Origin: Propionibacteriaceae bacterium
GTDB taxonomy: Bacteria; Actinomycetota; Actinomycetes; Propionibacteriales; Propionibacteriaceae
Length of the DNA: 32,000 bases
Direction: 5' to 3'
NCBI GenBank assembly: GCA_031256725.1
Contig: JAIRQE010000007.1
Coordinates: forward strand, 28,687-60,686
Part shown: positions 1 to 9,589 of the stretch, in pieces
Layout: every line of letters starts with the position of its first letter
Numbering within the stretch: position 1 is the stretch's first letter
The notes under the pieces: generated by a model
The model's database searches: none
The model's input: only the letters and a program-made list of their open reading frames with translations
What the model was told of the DNA's origin: nothing
Translations under genes and position numbers: made by a program

Positions 1-216
1 TTAGTCTTCGGTGGATTCTTCGGTTGGATTGGCGCCAAGGCTGCAGCCGCCCAGTTCGTCACGGACGGAGTGGTACTACCGGTCACCTTTGCCATCGACT
101 GGCCCATGACCCTGGGTCTATTGGGTGTACTCCTTGTGGCTTCCATCTTGGCTTCACTCCTCCCAGGCCGCCGAGCCGCCAAAGCCAGCCCCGTGGAAGC
201 CCTAGCCGAAATCTAG
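1..216 (+). CDS. ABC transporter permease, FtsX/MacB-like, C-terminal fragment (5' end outside the window)
   Basis: Frame 1 is open from base 1 to TAG at 214-216. The translation ...MTLGLLGVLLVASILASLLPGRRAAKASPVEALAEI is a terminal TM helix plus the P-x-RRAAK-x-x-PVEAL tail typical of FtsX-family permeases. Confidence 0.6.
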   Translation, partial: LVFGGFFGWIGAKAAAAQFVTDGVVLPVTFAIDWPMTLGLLGVLLVASILASLLPGRRAAKASPVEALAEI

Positions 217-401
217 ATGGCTTTAAAGGCCATCAAAATAGCAGGATTAAGAATCTGTGTACCAGGGATCTGTGCTGTTTGACTATGGCTGAGAAGGGCA
301 GTATCAACTGCTTCATCCCAGTGGTTCCCATCCTGCAGTACGGCAAGGGTCGATATCGTAGGCTGGCGATAGTAGAAGGTGGTGTCTGTGGACACTCTTG
401 T

Positions 402-650
402 TCACTCCACAGATGCGCGCTCAATACAATGCCAAGACTTCGTGCTTAACCTTTGGGGTACCACCGTCGCTTGATGTACCACATTTGGCGATCCACCCTC
501 CGCTCTGATCGTCGATGAGAGCCACTTTGGGTCGTGCGCCACCAATGCTTGTCCCATGGATGAGAGCTGACTCGAGTGCAGGCGCGAGGGGAGCGCCACA
601 GGTTCATAGGAACCGGAGAGCCAGATCCAGACACATTGCTCAGAAGTCAT
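402..650 (-). pseudogene. HipA N-terminal-like fragment (possible hipA remnant or HipS-like mini-ORF)
   Basis: The ATG at 648-650 overlaps the stop of the upstream XRE gene by 11 bp. The translation CVWIWLSGSYEPVA...ALVAHDPKWLSS resembles the HipA N-terminal pattern (V-x-V-W-L-N-G-x-x-V-G ... F-x-Y-x-x-x-W-L-x-S). Only about 430 bp remain before the convergent permease stop, so there is no room for a kinase domain. Confidence 0.3.
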
Positions 651-972
651 TGGATGGCTCCACTTTTGGCATCACCCGGTTGGGCATTAACCTCACAATT
701 TCACGCTGGCTACGAGTTAGTCGCGCCAGTTCCTCTCTGTCAGGTAGATAGAGAGGAATGTTCAGGGCAGCGCAAACATTGAGTACATGTCCAAAAGCAA
801 CGGTTGGTTTCCCATGTTCAATGGCAGCGATGGTGTACCGCGAACAACCAGATCGTGAAGCCAACTCTTCGGTCGTCCATCGACGATTAATGCGCTCGGT
901 ACGCACATTGGCCGCCATGAGGAGCACAGCGTCTTGCGCATAGGGCACCATGTCAATAGCCCCTCGACCCAT
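640..972 (-). CDS. XRE-family helix-turn-helix transcriptional regulator (HipB-like antitoxin candidate)
   Basis: HTH core WTTEELASRSGCSRYTIAAIEHGKPTVAFGHVLNVCAALN. I place the start at ATG 970-972 (MGRGAIDM...) because AAGGAG (978-983 on the minus strand) sits 5 nt upstream. The longer ORF from 1011 would be encoded by the repeat/operator-like DNA. Confidence 0.8.
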   Translation of the reverse strand: MGRGAIDMVPYAQDAVLLMAANVRTERINRRWTTEELASRSGCSRYTIAAIEHGKPTVAFGHVLNVCAALNIPLYLPDREELARLTRSQREIVRLMPNRVMPKVEPSNDF

Positions 973-984
973 ACTGTCTCCTTG

Positions 985-1023
985 TATAGTTTCGACATAT
1001 ACTTTCGACATATAGACCTATAC
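985..1023 (-). promoter_or_regulatory. Candidate operator/promoter of the XRE gene: tandem 12-bp direct repeat flanked by inverted hexamers
   Basis: Plus strand reads GTATAG-TTTCGACATATA-c-TTTCGACATATA-gac-CTATAC. The direct repeats are at 990-1001 and 1003-1014. The inverted hexamers are at 985-990 and 1018-1023. The region is AT-rich with several TATA-like -10 candidates and lies immediately upstream of the SD. Confidence 0.4.
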
Positions 1024-1360
1024 GCTAAAACTATTCAACGTGAAAAGAAGTTGCAGTGGATGAAAAATCTCAAGGTGACACAGAATTGAGTGGAATAAAT
1101 TTGCGCCTGAACCCCAAACTATGGCAAGATTGCGGAGTTGCTCCGACGAGCGAGGATTGGTTGCGTGCTCAGCCGCGATCGTGATTGCTCACCGGTTCCC
1201 GATCTTGTATCGGATACCACCCACTAGGAAAAAACAGGACGAGTGCGGATAAAACCCGCGACACGCCCGACCTCGGGGGTCGGAGGACAGCATCGCTCGA
1301 CGTGAGGGATGTAGAGCGACAGCCAGGGGCAATCCTTGGTCAAGCAGAGAGGAACTAGCA

Positions 1361-1672
1361 GTGGCCGGACAAAAAATCCGAATAAGGCTTCGAGCCTATG
1401 ACCACGAAGTCATCGATTCGTCGGCGCGCAAGATCGTCGAGACCGTGACGCGCACTGGTGCTCAGGTTGCCGGCCCTGTGCCGTTACCCACTGAGAAGAA
1501 CGTGTTCTGCGTGATCCGTTCTCCCCACAAATATAAGGATTCTCGGGAACACTTCGAGATGCGGACCCACAAGCGTTTGATCGACATCCTTGATCCCACG
1601 CCTAAGACTGTGGATTCCCTCATGCGCCTCGATCTTCCCGCAGGTGTTGACATCGAGATCAAGCTTCCCTGA
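1361..1672 (+). CDS. rpsJ: 30S ribosomal protein S10
   Basis: GTG start preceded by AGAGAGGA. Translation begins [29 protein letters not shown]. It is the first gene of the canonical S10 operon order. Confidence 0.97.
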   Translation: MAGQKIRIRLRAYDHEVIDSSARKIVETVTRTGAQVAGPVPLPTEKNVFCVIRSPHKYKDSREHFEMRTHKRLIDILDPTPKTVDSLMRLDLPAGVDIEIKLP

Positions 1673-1680
1673 GGTCAGTA

Positions 1681-2367
1681 ATGAATAAAGAACGAAAAAT
1701 CAAAGGTATCATCGGGCGCAAGCTCGGGATGACTCAAATGTGGGATGAGAACAACAAGGTCATCCCTGTAACAGTGATCGAGGCTGGACCCTGTGTTGTT
1801 ACACAGATCCGCACTCTTGATCGCGATGGCTATTCCGCCGTACAGCTCGGGTTCGGAGAACTCCCCAACAAGATCAAGAAGAAGGGGGACAAGATCGTTC
1901 GTCGTTCCATCTCCCTGCCGGTCAAGGGGCACTTCGATAAGGCTGGTGTGAGTCCTCGCCGCCACCTGATGGAGATCCGTACCACAGACGCCGATCAGTA
2001 CGAATTGGGTTCCGATGTCACCGCTGAGGTCTTCGCTGAAGCCGAGGTGGTTGACGTAATTGGTGTGACCAAGGGTAAGGGTACAGCTGGTGTCATGAAG
2101 CGCCACGGCTTCCGCGGTCTCGGTGCCGGCCACGGTGTTCACCGCAAGCACCGTTCCCCAGGTTCCATCGGCCAGTGCGCCACCCCTTCCCGCATTTTCA
2201 AGGGTACGAGGATGGCTGGTCATATGGGTGTTGTACGCAGGACCATCCAGAATCTCACCATTGCCAAGGTTGATGCTGAGCGCGGTTTGATCCTGGTTAA
2301 GGGTGCGATCCCAGGTCCGAAGAACGGCCTCGTCTTTGTACGAAGTGCTGCGAAGAAGGGTGCGTGA
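1681..2367 (+). CDS. rplC: 50S ribosomal protein L3
   Basis: Contains [31 protein letters not shown] and [13 protein letters not shown] motifs; position in the operon fits. Confidence 0.97.
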   Translation: MNKERKIKGIIGRKLGMTQMWDENNKVIPVTVIEAGPCVVTQIRTLDRDGYSAVQLGFGELPNKIKKKGDKIVRRSISLPVKGHFDKAGVSPRRHLMEIRTTDADQYELGSDVTAEVFAEAEVVDVIGVTKGKGTAGVMKRHGFRGLGAGHGVHRKHRSPGSIGQCATPSRIFKGTRMAGHMGVVRRTIQNLTIAKVDAERGLILVKGAIPGPKNGLVFVRSAAKKGA

Positions 2368-2368
2368 G

Positions 2369-3526
2369 ATGTCAGAGATTTCAGTAGCTATCCTGGGTGG
2401 AGACAAGAAGACTGGCAAAGTTGATTTGCCAAGCAACGTCTTCGGTTGCGAGGTGAACGTCCCCTTGATCCATCAGGTCGTCGTTGCACAGTTGGCAGCC
2501 GCCCGCCAGGGAACCCATGCCACCAAGACTCGCGGAGATGTTCGCGGTGGTGGCGCAAAGCCGTGGAGACAAAAGGGTACAGGCCGCGCACGTCACGGGT
2601 CCCGTCGTGCACCCCAGTGGACCGGAGGTGGTACAGTCCACGGACCGCAGCCCCGCTCGTACGCTCAAAGAACTCCTAAGAAGATGATCGCCGCGGCTCT
2701 GCGCTCTGCTTTGTCCGAGCGTTATGCTGATGGAAAGCTCTTCGTGATCGAGAATCTCGCTAGTGAAACCCCATCAACCCGTCAGGCGCTGCAAGCTTTG
2801 AGTGTGGTGGGTGACTACAAGTCCGCTGTTGTGGTTCTTCACCGTGATGAAGATAGTGCGTGGCTCTCCTTGCGTAATGTGGTGAATGTTCACGCCATCG
2901 CAGTCGATCAGTTGAATACCTATGATGTTGTCGCCAACGAGGTTGTGGTCTTCACCAAAGACGCCATGGATGACTTCATCGCGCGTACTACTTCCGCAAC
3001 GGAATCGAAGCCAGTCATCGTACCAGCCGCGAAGAAGAAGGCCGTCAAGGAAACCAAGGTGAAGCCTGCAAAGGTTGCTAAGGCTCCTGTCGAAGAGGTT
3101 GCTCCACCAGCTCCGGTTGTGGAAGAAGTACCAGCCCCTGTTGAAGAGATCGTCGAAGCTGTGGTGGAAGCCCCAGTCGTTGAAGAACCAGTTCTCGAAG
3201 AACCAGTGGTTGAGGCCCCGATTGAGGAAACCCCCGAGGTGGTTGAGGTTGTCGAAGAGGTAGCCGAAGTCACCAAGCCTGCGGCAAAGACCGCTAAGGC
3301 TGTCAAGGCCGAGGTCGCGCCAGAGGACAAGCCAGATTATGGTGAAGGCTCCTATCGCGGCGAGAACCCACCTGAGGGTTTTGACATCAAGGGCAATGAG
3401 GATTCCATGCTCTTCCATACCCCAGCATCACGGTGGTACTCCCGTACTGTCGCTGAGATCTGGTTCAACTCTGAAGAGGCAGCCACGGCAGCCGGATTCA
3501 CAGATGTGATGGAGAATAAGAAGTGA
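2369..3526 (+). CDS. rplD: 50S ribosomal protein L4 with a C-terminal extension of about 170 aa (385 aa total)
   Basis: Start moved from the ORF-track 2303 to ATG 2369 ([12 protein letters not shown]...), one nt after the rplC stop. The L4 core motif [23 protein letters not shown] is present. The frame stays open past the normal L4 end (about 2990) to TGA at 3524-3526. Confidence 0.93.
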   Translation: MSEISVAILGGDKKTGKVDLPSNVFGCEVNVPLIHQVVVAQLAAARQGTHATKTRGDVRGGGAKPWRQKGTGRARHGSRRAPQWTGGGTVHGPQPRSYAQRTPKKMIAAALRSALSERYADGKLFVIENLASETPSTRQALQALSVVGDYKSAVVVLHRDEDSAWLSLRNVVNVHAIAVDQLNTYDVVANEVVVFTKDAMDDFIARTTSATESKPVIVPAAKKKAVKETKVKPAKVAKAPVEEVAPPAPVVEEVPAPVEEIVEAVVEAPVVEEPVLEEPVVEAPIEETPEVVEVVEEVAEVTKPAAKTAKAVKAEVAPEDKPDYGEGSYRGENPPEGFDIKGNEDSMLFHTPASRWYSRTVAEIWFNSEEAATAAGFTDVMENKK

Positions 3527-3840
3527 CCGAGCAACTCAAGATCACCGATCCGCGTGACATCCTCCTAGCACCAGTGGTGTCGGAGAAGTCGTACACGCGC
3601 ATCGACGAGAATAAGTACACCTTCCTGGTGGCGCCGACGGCTAACAAGACCCAGATCAAGATCGCGATCGAAAAGGTCTTCAATGTAACAGTCGTCTCGG
3701 TGAATACCATCAACCGCAGGGGTAAGGTGCGTCGCACCCGTTATGGGTATGGTCGTCGCCCCGATACCAAGAGAGCCATCGTGACTCTGGCCGACGGTCA
3801 GTCCATCGATCTTTTCGGCTCGGGAACGGAAGTGAGATAA
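3523..3840 (+). CDS. rplW: 50S ribosomal protein L23
   Basis: GTG start in a GTGA overlap with the rplD stop. Contains [16 protein letters not shown]...[15 protein letters not shown]. Confidence 0.96.
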   Translation: MTEQLKITDPRDILLAPVVSEKSYTRIDENKYTFLVAPTANKTQIKIAIEKVFNVTVVSVNTINRRGKVRRTRYGYGRRPDTKRAIVTLADGQSIDLFGSGTEVR

Positions 3841-3843
3841 CAC

Positions 3844-4680
3844 ATGGCAATACGTAAGTACAAGCCGACTACACCGGGCCGTCGTGGTTCCTCGGTCTCC
3901 GACTTCGTCGAGGTGACCAGGAATCGGCCGGAGAAGTCCCTGACTGCTCCGAAGCCGAAGACCGGTGGTCGTAACAACCAGGGTCGCATCACGACCCGCC
4001 ACATCGGTGGTGGTCATAAGCAGGCCTACCGCAAGATCGACTTCAAGAGGTACGACAAGGATGGCGTCGTGGCGAAGGTCGCTCATATTGAGTATGACCC
4101 CAACCGTACGGCTCGCATCGCCTTGCTCCACTACCTTGATGGCGAGAAGCGTTACATCATCGCTCCCAAGGATCTCGGTCAGGGTGACCGCGTTGAGTCT
4201 GGCCCCGAGGCCGACATCAAGCCCGGCAATAACCTGCCACTGCGCAATATCCCTGTCGGTACCCTCATCCATGCTGTGGAATTGAGGCCTGGCGGTGGCG
4301 CAAAGATGGGTCGCTCTGCTGGTGCATCCATCCAGTTGGTTGCCCGTGAAGGGAAGTACGCCACACTGCGTATGCCTTCAGGCGAAATGCGTATGGTTGA
4401 CATCCGTTGCCGTGCAACTGTGGGCGAGGTCGGCAATGCCGAACAGTCCAACATCAACTGGGGTAAGGCCGGCCGCATGCGCTGGAAGGGTGTACGCCCA
4501 ACCGTTCGTGGTGTGGTCATGAACCCGATCGACCACCCCCACGGTGGTGGCGAGGGTCGTACCTCCGGTGGTCGTCACCCAGTGAGCCCATGGGGTAAGC
4601 CTGAGGGTCGTACCCGTAACAAGAACAAGGCGAGTTCTCGTCTGATTATCCGTCGCCGTAAGTCCGGCAAGAAGCGCTGA
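3844..4680 (+). CDS. rplB: 50S ribosomal protein L2
   Basis: Begins [21 protein letters not shown]; contains [26 protein letters not shown]. Confidence 0.98.
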   Translation: MAIRKYKPTTPGRRGSSVSDFVEVTRNRPEKSLTAPKPKTGGRNNQGRITTRHIGGGHKQAYRKIDFKRYDKDGVVAKVAHIEYDPNRTARIALLHYLDGEKRYIIAPKDLGQGDRVESGPEADIKPGNNLPLRNIPVGTLIHAVELRPGGGAKMGRSAGASIQLVAREGKYATLRMPSGEMRMVDIRCRATVGEVGNAEQSNINWGKAGRMRWKGVRPTVRGVVMNPIDHPHGGGEGRTSGGRHPVSPWGKPEGRTRNKNKASSRLIIRRRKSGKKR

Positions 4681-4695
4681 GAAGGGACTTAACAC

Positions 4696-4977
4696 ATGCC
4701 ACGCAGTCTGAAGAAGGGTCCCTTTGTGGATGGCCATCTCGCCAAGAAGGTGGATGACCTCAATGCCAAGGGATCGAAGACAGTCATCAAGACATGGTCT
4801 CGTCGCTCCATGATTATCCCCGACATGCTCGGTCATACAATCGCGGTACATGACGGACGCAAGCACGTTCCTGTGTTCATCACCGAAGCCATGATTGGTC
4901 ACAAGTTGGGTGAATTTGCACCCACTCGTACCTTCCGTGGTCACGTGAAGGACGACAAGAAGGCTCGAAAGCGCTGA
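4696..4977 (+). CDS. rpsS: 30S ribosomal protein S19
   Basis: Begins [12 protein letters not shown]; contains [32 protein letters not shown]. Confidence 0.98.
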   Translation: MPRSLKKGPFVDGHLAKKVDDLNAKGSKTVIKTWSRRSMIIPDMLGHTIAVHDGRKHVPVFITEAMIGHKLGEFAPTRTFRGHVKDDKKARKR

Positions 4978-4992
4978 GAAGGGTAGCAAACA

Positions 4993-5745
4993 ATGAGTAA
5001 GAATTGGCAGCGTCCTAATCGTAGGGATGCGCTCCTCGGTGATCGTGAAGGTTCGTACGCCATTGCGCGTCACATCCGCATGTCGCCACAGAAAGTACGC
5101 CGTGTGGTTGATGTGGTTCGCGGAATGGGTGTTCGTGATGCACTGAACACCTTGCGCTTTGCACCACAAGCCGCCTCTGAGCCGGTATACAAGGTCATTG
5201 CATCTGCAGTAGCGAACGCAGAGTCCACAGAGAACCTCAGGGTGGACGATCTCTACGTCTCGCAGATCTTCGTGGATGAGGGTGTGACCATGCGTCGTAT
5301 CCGCCCTCGCGCTAAGGGTTCGGCTTCCCGCATTCTTAAGCGTGCCAGCCACATCACTGCGGTTGTCGAGCCTGAAGCTAATCGCGGCCCGATCCCACCA
5401 TCAAAGCAGGTTGTCACCATGCGCTGGGATGATCCACGTCTGGCTGGTAATGAGGCTGCAGCGAAGAAGACTGCAAAAGCAGAGCAAGCTCAGGCAGAAA
5501 AAACCGCGAAGGCAACTGCCAAGGCTGAGGTAGCTGAAGCAACTGAGGTCGTTGAAAAAACAGCGAAGACAACCAAGGAAAAAGCGACTGAGACCGAGGC
5601 GCCCAAGGAAGCGGCTAAGAAGCCTGCGGCAAAGAAGGCGGCAACCAAGAAGGTTGAAGAAGCAACTGAAGCAGTAGACAAGCCTGTGAAGAAGGCTGCC
5701 AAGAAGGCTACAGATGCCGTGTCCGAGGAAAAGAAGGAGGCCTAA
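4993..5745 (+). CDS. rplV: 50S ribosomal protein L22 with a Lys/Ala/Glu/Thr-rich C-terminal tail of about 120 aa
   Basis: L22 core [21 protein letters not shown]...[24 protein letters not shown], followed by a low-complexity tail ([25 protein letters not shown]...KKAAKKATD). Confidence 0.95.
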   Translation: MSKNWQRPNRRDALLGDREGSYAIARHIRMSPQKVRRVVDVVRGMGVRDALNTLRFAPQAASEPVYKVIASAVANAESTENLRVDDLYVSQIFVDEGVTMRRIRPRAKGSASRILKRASHITAVVEPEANRGPIPPSKQVVTMRWDDPRLAGNEAAAKKTAKAEQAQAEKTAKATAKAEVAEATEVVEKTAKTTKEKATETEAPKEAAKKPAAKKAATKKVEEATEAVDKPVKKAAKKATDAVSEEKKEA

Positions 5746-5747
5746 GA

Positions 5748-6563
5748 ATGGGTCAAAAGATTAGCCCCATGGGTTTCCGCTTGGGCATCTCAACAGACCA
5801 CGTGTCACGTTGGTATTCCGATAAGCAGTACGCGCAGTACCTCGGTGAGGACATCAAGATCCGCGAATTCCTGAACAAGCGTCTGGAAAGGGCTGGTGTC
5901 TCCTCGATCGAGATCGAACGTCGCTCTGAGCGCGTCACCATCTTCCTTCATGCTGCACGCCCGGGTATCATCATCGGTCGTAATGGTGCTGAGGCAGAGA
6001 AGATGCGCTCCGACATTGAGAAGCTCACTGGCAAGCAGGTTCAGCTCAATATCCTCCATGTGAAGAACCCTGAGATTGATGCACAATTGGTCGCCCAGGG
6101 TGTGGCAGAGCAGTTGGGTGCTCGTGTGGCCTTCCGTCGCGCGATGCGTAAGGCCCAGCAGTCCGCGATGCGTGGTGGTGCCTTGGGTATCAGGATCCAG
6201 TGCTCCGGTCGTCTCGGTGGTGCTGAAATGAGCCGTGCAGAGTTCTATCGTGAGGGTCGTGTTCCATTGCACACCCTGCGTGCTGACATTGACTATGGGT
6301 TCTATGAGGCCCGTACAACCTTCGGCCGTATTGGGGTCAAGGTGTGGATCTACAAGGGTGACCTTACGGGTACCCGTGCAGAGCGCATCACCCAGAAGGC
6401 CAATCGCCAGTCGGCATTGACCCGTCAGCGTCCAACCCGTGGCCCCGGTCGTTCGGATCGTGGCGAGCGTAGTGATCGGTCAGGTCGTGGGCGTAAGGAT
6501 CAGGAAGCCCAGGCCGCTCAGGCCGTGGTCTCCGAGCCACAAACAGAGAGCGCAGGTGAATAG
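5748..6563 (+). CDS. rpsC: 30S ribosomal protein S3 with an Arg/Gly/Ser/Asp-rich C-terminal tail
   Basis: Begins [14 protein letters not shown] with a KH domain; contains [31 protein letters not shown]; tail [22 protein letters not shown]. Confidence 0.97.
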   Translation: MGQKISPMGFRLGISTDHVSRWYSDKQYAQYLGEDIKIREFLNKRLERAGVSSIEIERRSERVTIFLHAARPGIIIGRNGAEAEKMRSDIEKLTGKQVQLNILHVKNPEIDAQLVAQGVAEQLGARVAFRRAMRKAQQSAMRGGALGIRIQCSGRLGGAEMSRAEFYREGRVPLHTLRADIDYGFYEARTTFGRIGVKVWIYKGDLTGTRAERITQKANRQSALTRQRPTRGPGRSDRGERSDRSGRGRKDQEAQAAQAVVSEPQTESAGE

Positions 6564-6566
6564 CCC

Positions 6567-6983
6567 ATGTTGATACCTCGTCGTGTGAAGTTCCGTAAGC
6601 AACATCATCCCAAGCGGAAGGGTGTTGCCAAGGGTGGAACAACCCTCGCCTTCGGTGACTACGGGATCCAAGCCCTGGAGCCTTCCTATCTGACCAACCG
6701 TCAGATTGAGGCTGCTCGTATTGCTATGACCCGTCACATCCGCCGTGGTGGAAAGGTATGGATTAACGTCTTCCCTGACCGCCCAATGACCAAGCACCCA
6801 GCTGAGTCCCGAATGGGTTCCGGTAAGGGTACCCCCGAATGGTGGGTTGTGAATGTGAAGCCTGGACGCGTGCTCTTTGAACTGTCTGGTGTCAGTGAAG
6901 ATGTTGCCCGTGAAGCTATGCGTCTCGCTATCCATAAACTGCCATTCAAGGCACGTTTCATTTCGAGGGAGGGTGATAACTGA
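6567..6983 (+). CDS. rplP: 50S ribosomal protein L16
   Basis: Begins [19 protein letters not shown]; contains [24 protein letters not shown]. Confidence 0.98.
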   Translation: MLIPRRVKFRKQHHPKRKGVAKGGTTLAFGDYGIQALEPSYLTNRQIEAARIAMTRHIRRGGKVWINVFPDRPMTKHPAESRMGSGKGTPEWWVVNVKPGRVLFELSGVSEDVAREAMRLAIHKLPFKARFISREGDN

Positions 6984-7210
6984 TGGCAACCACCTCAGCT
7001 GCAGAACTACGGACATTGAGCCGTACAGAACTGAACGCACGTGTTGTGGAATTGAAGGAAGAGCTCTTTGGTCTTCGCTTCGCAGCGGCCACTGGTCAGC
7101 TGGAATCCCACGGACGTCTACGCGAGGCCCGCAAGGACATCGCGCGCATCTACACCGTTCTACAAGAACGTAATCTAGGCATCGTGCCTGATCCCGATAA
7201 GGAGAACTGA
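6983..7210 (+). CDS. rpmC: 50S ribosomal protein L29
   Basis: TGATG overlap with rplP. Contains [36 protein letters not shown]. Confidence 0.95.
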   Translation: MATTSAAELRTLSRTELNARVVELKEELFGLRFAAATGQLESHGRLREARKDIARIYTVLQERNLGIVPDPDKEN

Positions 7211-7470
7211 TGAGTGAGGATAGGGCTGGTCGCAAGGTCCGCGAAGGGGTCGTGGTGTCCGACAAGATGGATAAGACCATCGTTGTCGTCATCGAAGACC
7301 GCGTCAAGCATCCTTTGTACGGGAAGGTCATGACCCGCAGCCAGAGGCTGAAGGTCCACGATGAGGGTAATACCGCTGGTCAAGGGGACCGCGTGAGGGT
7401 GATGGAGACCCGTCCGCTGTCTGCAACCAAGAGGTGGAGACTCATCGAGATCGTTGAGAAGGCCCGTTAA
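7210..7470 (+). CDS. rpsQ: 30S ribosomal protein S17
   Basis: TGATG overlap with rpmC. Contains [28 protein letters not shown]...[14 protein letters not shown]. Confidence 0.96.
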   Translation: MSEDRAGRKVREGVVVSDKMDKTIVVVIEDRVKHPLYGKVMTRSQRLKVHDEGNTAGQGDRVRVMETRPLSATKRWRLIEIVEKAR

Positions 7471-7497
7471 GGTTTCGCAGGACATAAGGAGACAACA

Positions 7498-7866
7498 ATG
7501 ATCCAACAGGAAACGCGACTGAAGGTCGCCGATAACACTGGTGCGAAGGAGATTCTTTGTATCCGTGTACTCGGTGGATCCAAGCGTCGCTACGCTTATG
7601 TCGGCGACACCATTGTCGCCACTGTGAAGGATGCCATCCCTGGTGGTGGAGTCAAGAGGGGCGAGGTCGTCAAGGCTGTCGTAGTACGTACAGCTAAGGA
7701 ACACCGTCGTGCCGATGGGTCGTACATCAAGTTCGATGAGAACGCTGCTGTGATCCTGAAGGCGGATGGTGAACCGAGAGGTACCCGTATCTTCGGTCCA
7801 GTGGCCCGTGAACTACGCGAGAAGAAGTACATGCGTATCGTCTCTCTCGCACCAGAGGTGATTTGA
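7498..7866 (+). CDS. rplN: 50S ribosomal protein L14
   Basis: Begins [28 protein letters not shown]. Confidence 0.98.
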   Translation: MIQQETRLKVADNTGAKEILCIRVLGGSKRRYAYVGDTIVATVKDAIPGGGVKRGEVVKAVVVRTAKEHRRADGSYIKFDENAAVILKADGEPRGTRIFGPVARELREKKYMRIVSLAPEVI

Positions 7867-7868
7867 GA

Positions 7869-8240
7869 ATGGCTATGCATGTGAAGAAGGGTGATCACGT
7901 CCGTGTGATCGCTGGCAAAGACAAGGGTGTGACGGGCGACATTATCGCAGTCAACCCTGAGAAGCAGACGGTAACTGTTGCTGGTGTCAACATCGTCAAG
8001 CGCCACCGCAAGGATACCCAAGGTGGTACGAACCGCCAGGTTATCAAGGGTGGAATCTTGAGTTCTGAGGCTCCAATCCACGTCTCCAACGTGGCTCTGG
8101 TTGTACGCCAGGGAACCAAAGAGGTTACCACTCGTGTGGGGTACAAGCGTGTTGAGGAAAGCCGTAAGCGTCCAGATGGTAGCGAGCACACTGTGGTTCG
8201 CCACGTCAGGATTTCCAGGAAGACAGGGAAGGAGATCTAA
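7869..8240 (+). CDS. rplX: 50S ribosomal protein L24
   Basis: Contains [28 protein letters not shown] 7869 lies 8 nt after GAGGTG. Alternative starts are TTG 7863 and ATG 7875. Confidence 0.93.
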   Translation: MAMHVKKGDHVRVIAGKDKGVTGDIIAVNPEKQTVTVAGVNIVKRHRKDTQGGTNRQVIKGGILSSEAPIHVSNVALVVRQGTKEVTTRVGYKRVEESRKRPDGSEHTVVRHVRISRKTGKEI

Positions 8241-8899
8241 TGGCTGACAAGACTGAAAAGACTGCCAAGGCTGAGAAGAAGGAACTTCCCCGCCTCAAGA
8301 AGCAGTACCGCGAGACCATCGCCCCAGCACTCCACAAGGAGTTCGACTACGCAAATGTCATGATGATCCCTGGCTTAGTCAAGATCGTGGTGAACATGGG
8401 TGTTGGTGAAGCCGCCAAGGATTCCAAGGTCATTGATGCAGCTGTACGTGATCTCACTCAGATCACTGGCCAGAAGCCCACAGTGACTAAGGCTCGCAAG
8501 TCCATCGCTCAGTTCAAGCTGCGTGAGGGAATGCCCATCGGTTGCCATGTCACCTTGCGTGGGGATCGGATGTGGGAGTTCGCTGATCGTCTCCTGAGCC
8601 TGGCTCTGCCACGTATCCGTGACTTCCGTGGTCTTTCGCCGCTGCAATTCGATGGCAAGGGCAACTACACCTTCGGTTTGACCGAGCAGGTGATGTTCCA
8701 TGAAATCGACCAGGACAAGATTGACAAGATTCGTGGAATGGACATCACCTTCGTCACCTCGGCAGCGACCGATGACGAAGGGCGTGCGCTCCTGACACAC
8801 TTGGGTTTCCCCTTCCAGACGAAGGAAACCGCTGAAGCCAACAAGGCCGCAGTCAAGAAGAAGCGGGGCGTTCGTCCCATTGGGAAGAAGAAGAGGTGA
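8240..8899 (+). CDS. rplE: 50S ribosomal protein L5 (short Lys-rich N- and C-terminal extensions)
   Basis: TAATG overlap with rplX. Contains [42 protein letters not shown]. Confidence 0.97.
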   Translation: MADKTEKTAKAEKKELPRLKKQYRETIAPALHKEFDYANVMMIPGLVKIVVNMGVGEAAKDSKVIDAAVRDLTQITGQKPTVTKARKSIAQFKLREGMPIGCHVTLRGDRMWEFADRLLSLALPRIRDFRGLSPLQFDGKGNYTFGLTEQVMFHEIDQDKIDKIRGMDITFVTSAATDDEGRALLTHLGFPFQTKETAEANKAAVKKKRGVRPIGKKKR

Positions 8900-8907
8900 T
8901 CTGAGCA

Positions 8908-9093
8908 ATGGCAACAACAGCTATTAAGGTCAAGCAGTCCCGCAAGCCGAAGTTCGGCGTTCGGGCATACACCCGCTGCCAGAAGTGCGGGCGTCCGAAG
9001 TCCGTGTACCGTAAGTTCGGCCTGTGCCGTATCTGCCTGAGGACCATGGCCCACCGCGGTGAACTGCCTGGTGTAACGAAGTCCTCGTGGTAA
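8908..9093 (+). CDS. rpsN: 30S ribosomal protein S14, short zinc-binding (type Z) form
   Basis: 61 aa with a CQKC...CRIC four-Cys motif, ending [12 protein letters not shown]. Confidence 0.96.
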   Translation: MATTAIKVKQSRKPKFGVRAYTRCQKCGRPKSVYRKFGLCRICLRTMAHRGELPGVTKSSW

Positions 9094-9171
9094 GTCAATG
9101 AACCTTCCACTCAATCCGACAGCACAGAAGGTCCCGTTCGGAAACCGCTGTGAGAAAGAGGCCACAAGCCG

Positions 9172-9579
9172 ATGACAATGACAGATCCCATCGCAGATAT
9201 GCTCACGCGTCTGCGTAACGCCAACATGGCGCATCATGAGAGTACCTCTATGCCTCATTCGAAGATCAAGGTGGGTATCGCCGAGATCCTCAAGCAGGAG
9301 GGGTACATCACCGACTTCGAGGTGATCGAACCTGAAGCCGGTAGTGTCGGAAAGACCCTGACAGTAACGCTGAAGTACGGCCCAGGTCGCGAGCGTTCCA
9401 TCCAGGGCCTCAAGCGCATCTCCAAGCCTGGACTCCGCGTGTACGCGAAGTCCACTCAACTCCCGAGGGTACTCGGCGGCTTGGGTATTGCGATTATCTC
9501 CACCAGCCAGGGTTTGCTTACCGATAAGGAAGCCAACCACAAATCTGTCGGCGGGGAAGTCCTCGCCTACGTGTGGTGA
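9172..9579 (+). CDS. rpsH: 30S ribosomal protein S8
   Basis: Begins [20 protein letters not shown]; ends GGEVLAYVW. Confidence 0.98.
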   Translation: MTMTDPIADMLTRLRNANMAHHESTSMPHSKIKVGIAEILKQEGYITDFEVIEPEAGSVGKTLTVTLKYGPGRERSIQGLKRISKPGLRVYAKSTQLPRVLGGLGIAIISTSQGLLTDKEANHKSVGGEVLAYVW

Positions 9580-9589
9580 GGAGTCAAAG

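Noticed and set aside
216-234. Hairpin GATGGCTT-taa-AGGCCATC directly after the permease stop, considered as a terminator.
   Set aside because: It is followed by an A-run rather than a T-run on the plus strand, and has only a weak T-containing tail on the minus strand. The support is not strong enough to annotate it.
2303-2368. Upstream extensions of the ORF-track models for rplD (from 2303) and rplF (from 9488).
   Set aside because: The extensions overlap the preceding conserved genes (rplC, rpsH) and encode non-conserved sequence. Internal ATGs at 2369 and 9590 give canonical L4 and L6 N-termini.
1675-2436. Long minus-strand ORFs running antisense through the ribosomal operon (1675..2436 253 aa, 3565..4272 235 aa, 4378..5352 324 aa, 6480..7331 283 aa, 7596..8204 202 aa, 8665..9690 341 aa, 10299..10958 219 aa).
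   Set aside because: Each lies opposite an unmistakable r-protein gene. Their translations are low-information and rich in Arg/Ser/Thr/Leu, and long shadow ORFs are expected from codon bias in GC-rich genomes. No start or RBS context or recognisable domain was seen.
2774-3418. ORFs 2774..3418 (-), 2920..3330 (-) and 3075..3263 (+) inside the rplD extension, with similar ones at 5490..5702 (-) in the L22 tail and 15682..15981 (+) in the GlpA tail.
   Set aside because: These are artefacts of repetitive, stop-poor DNA encoding the PVEE and AKT repeats; every frame is open there.
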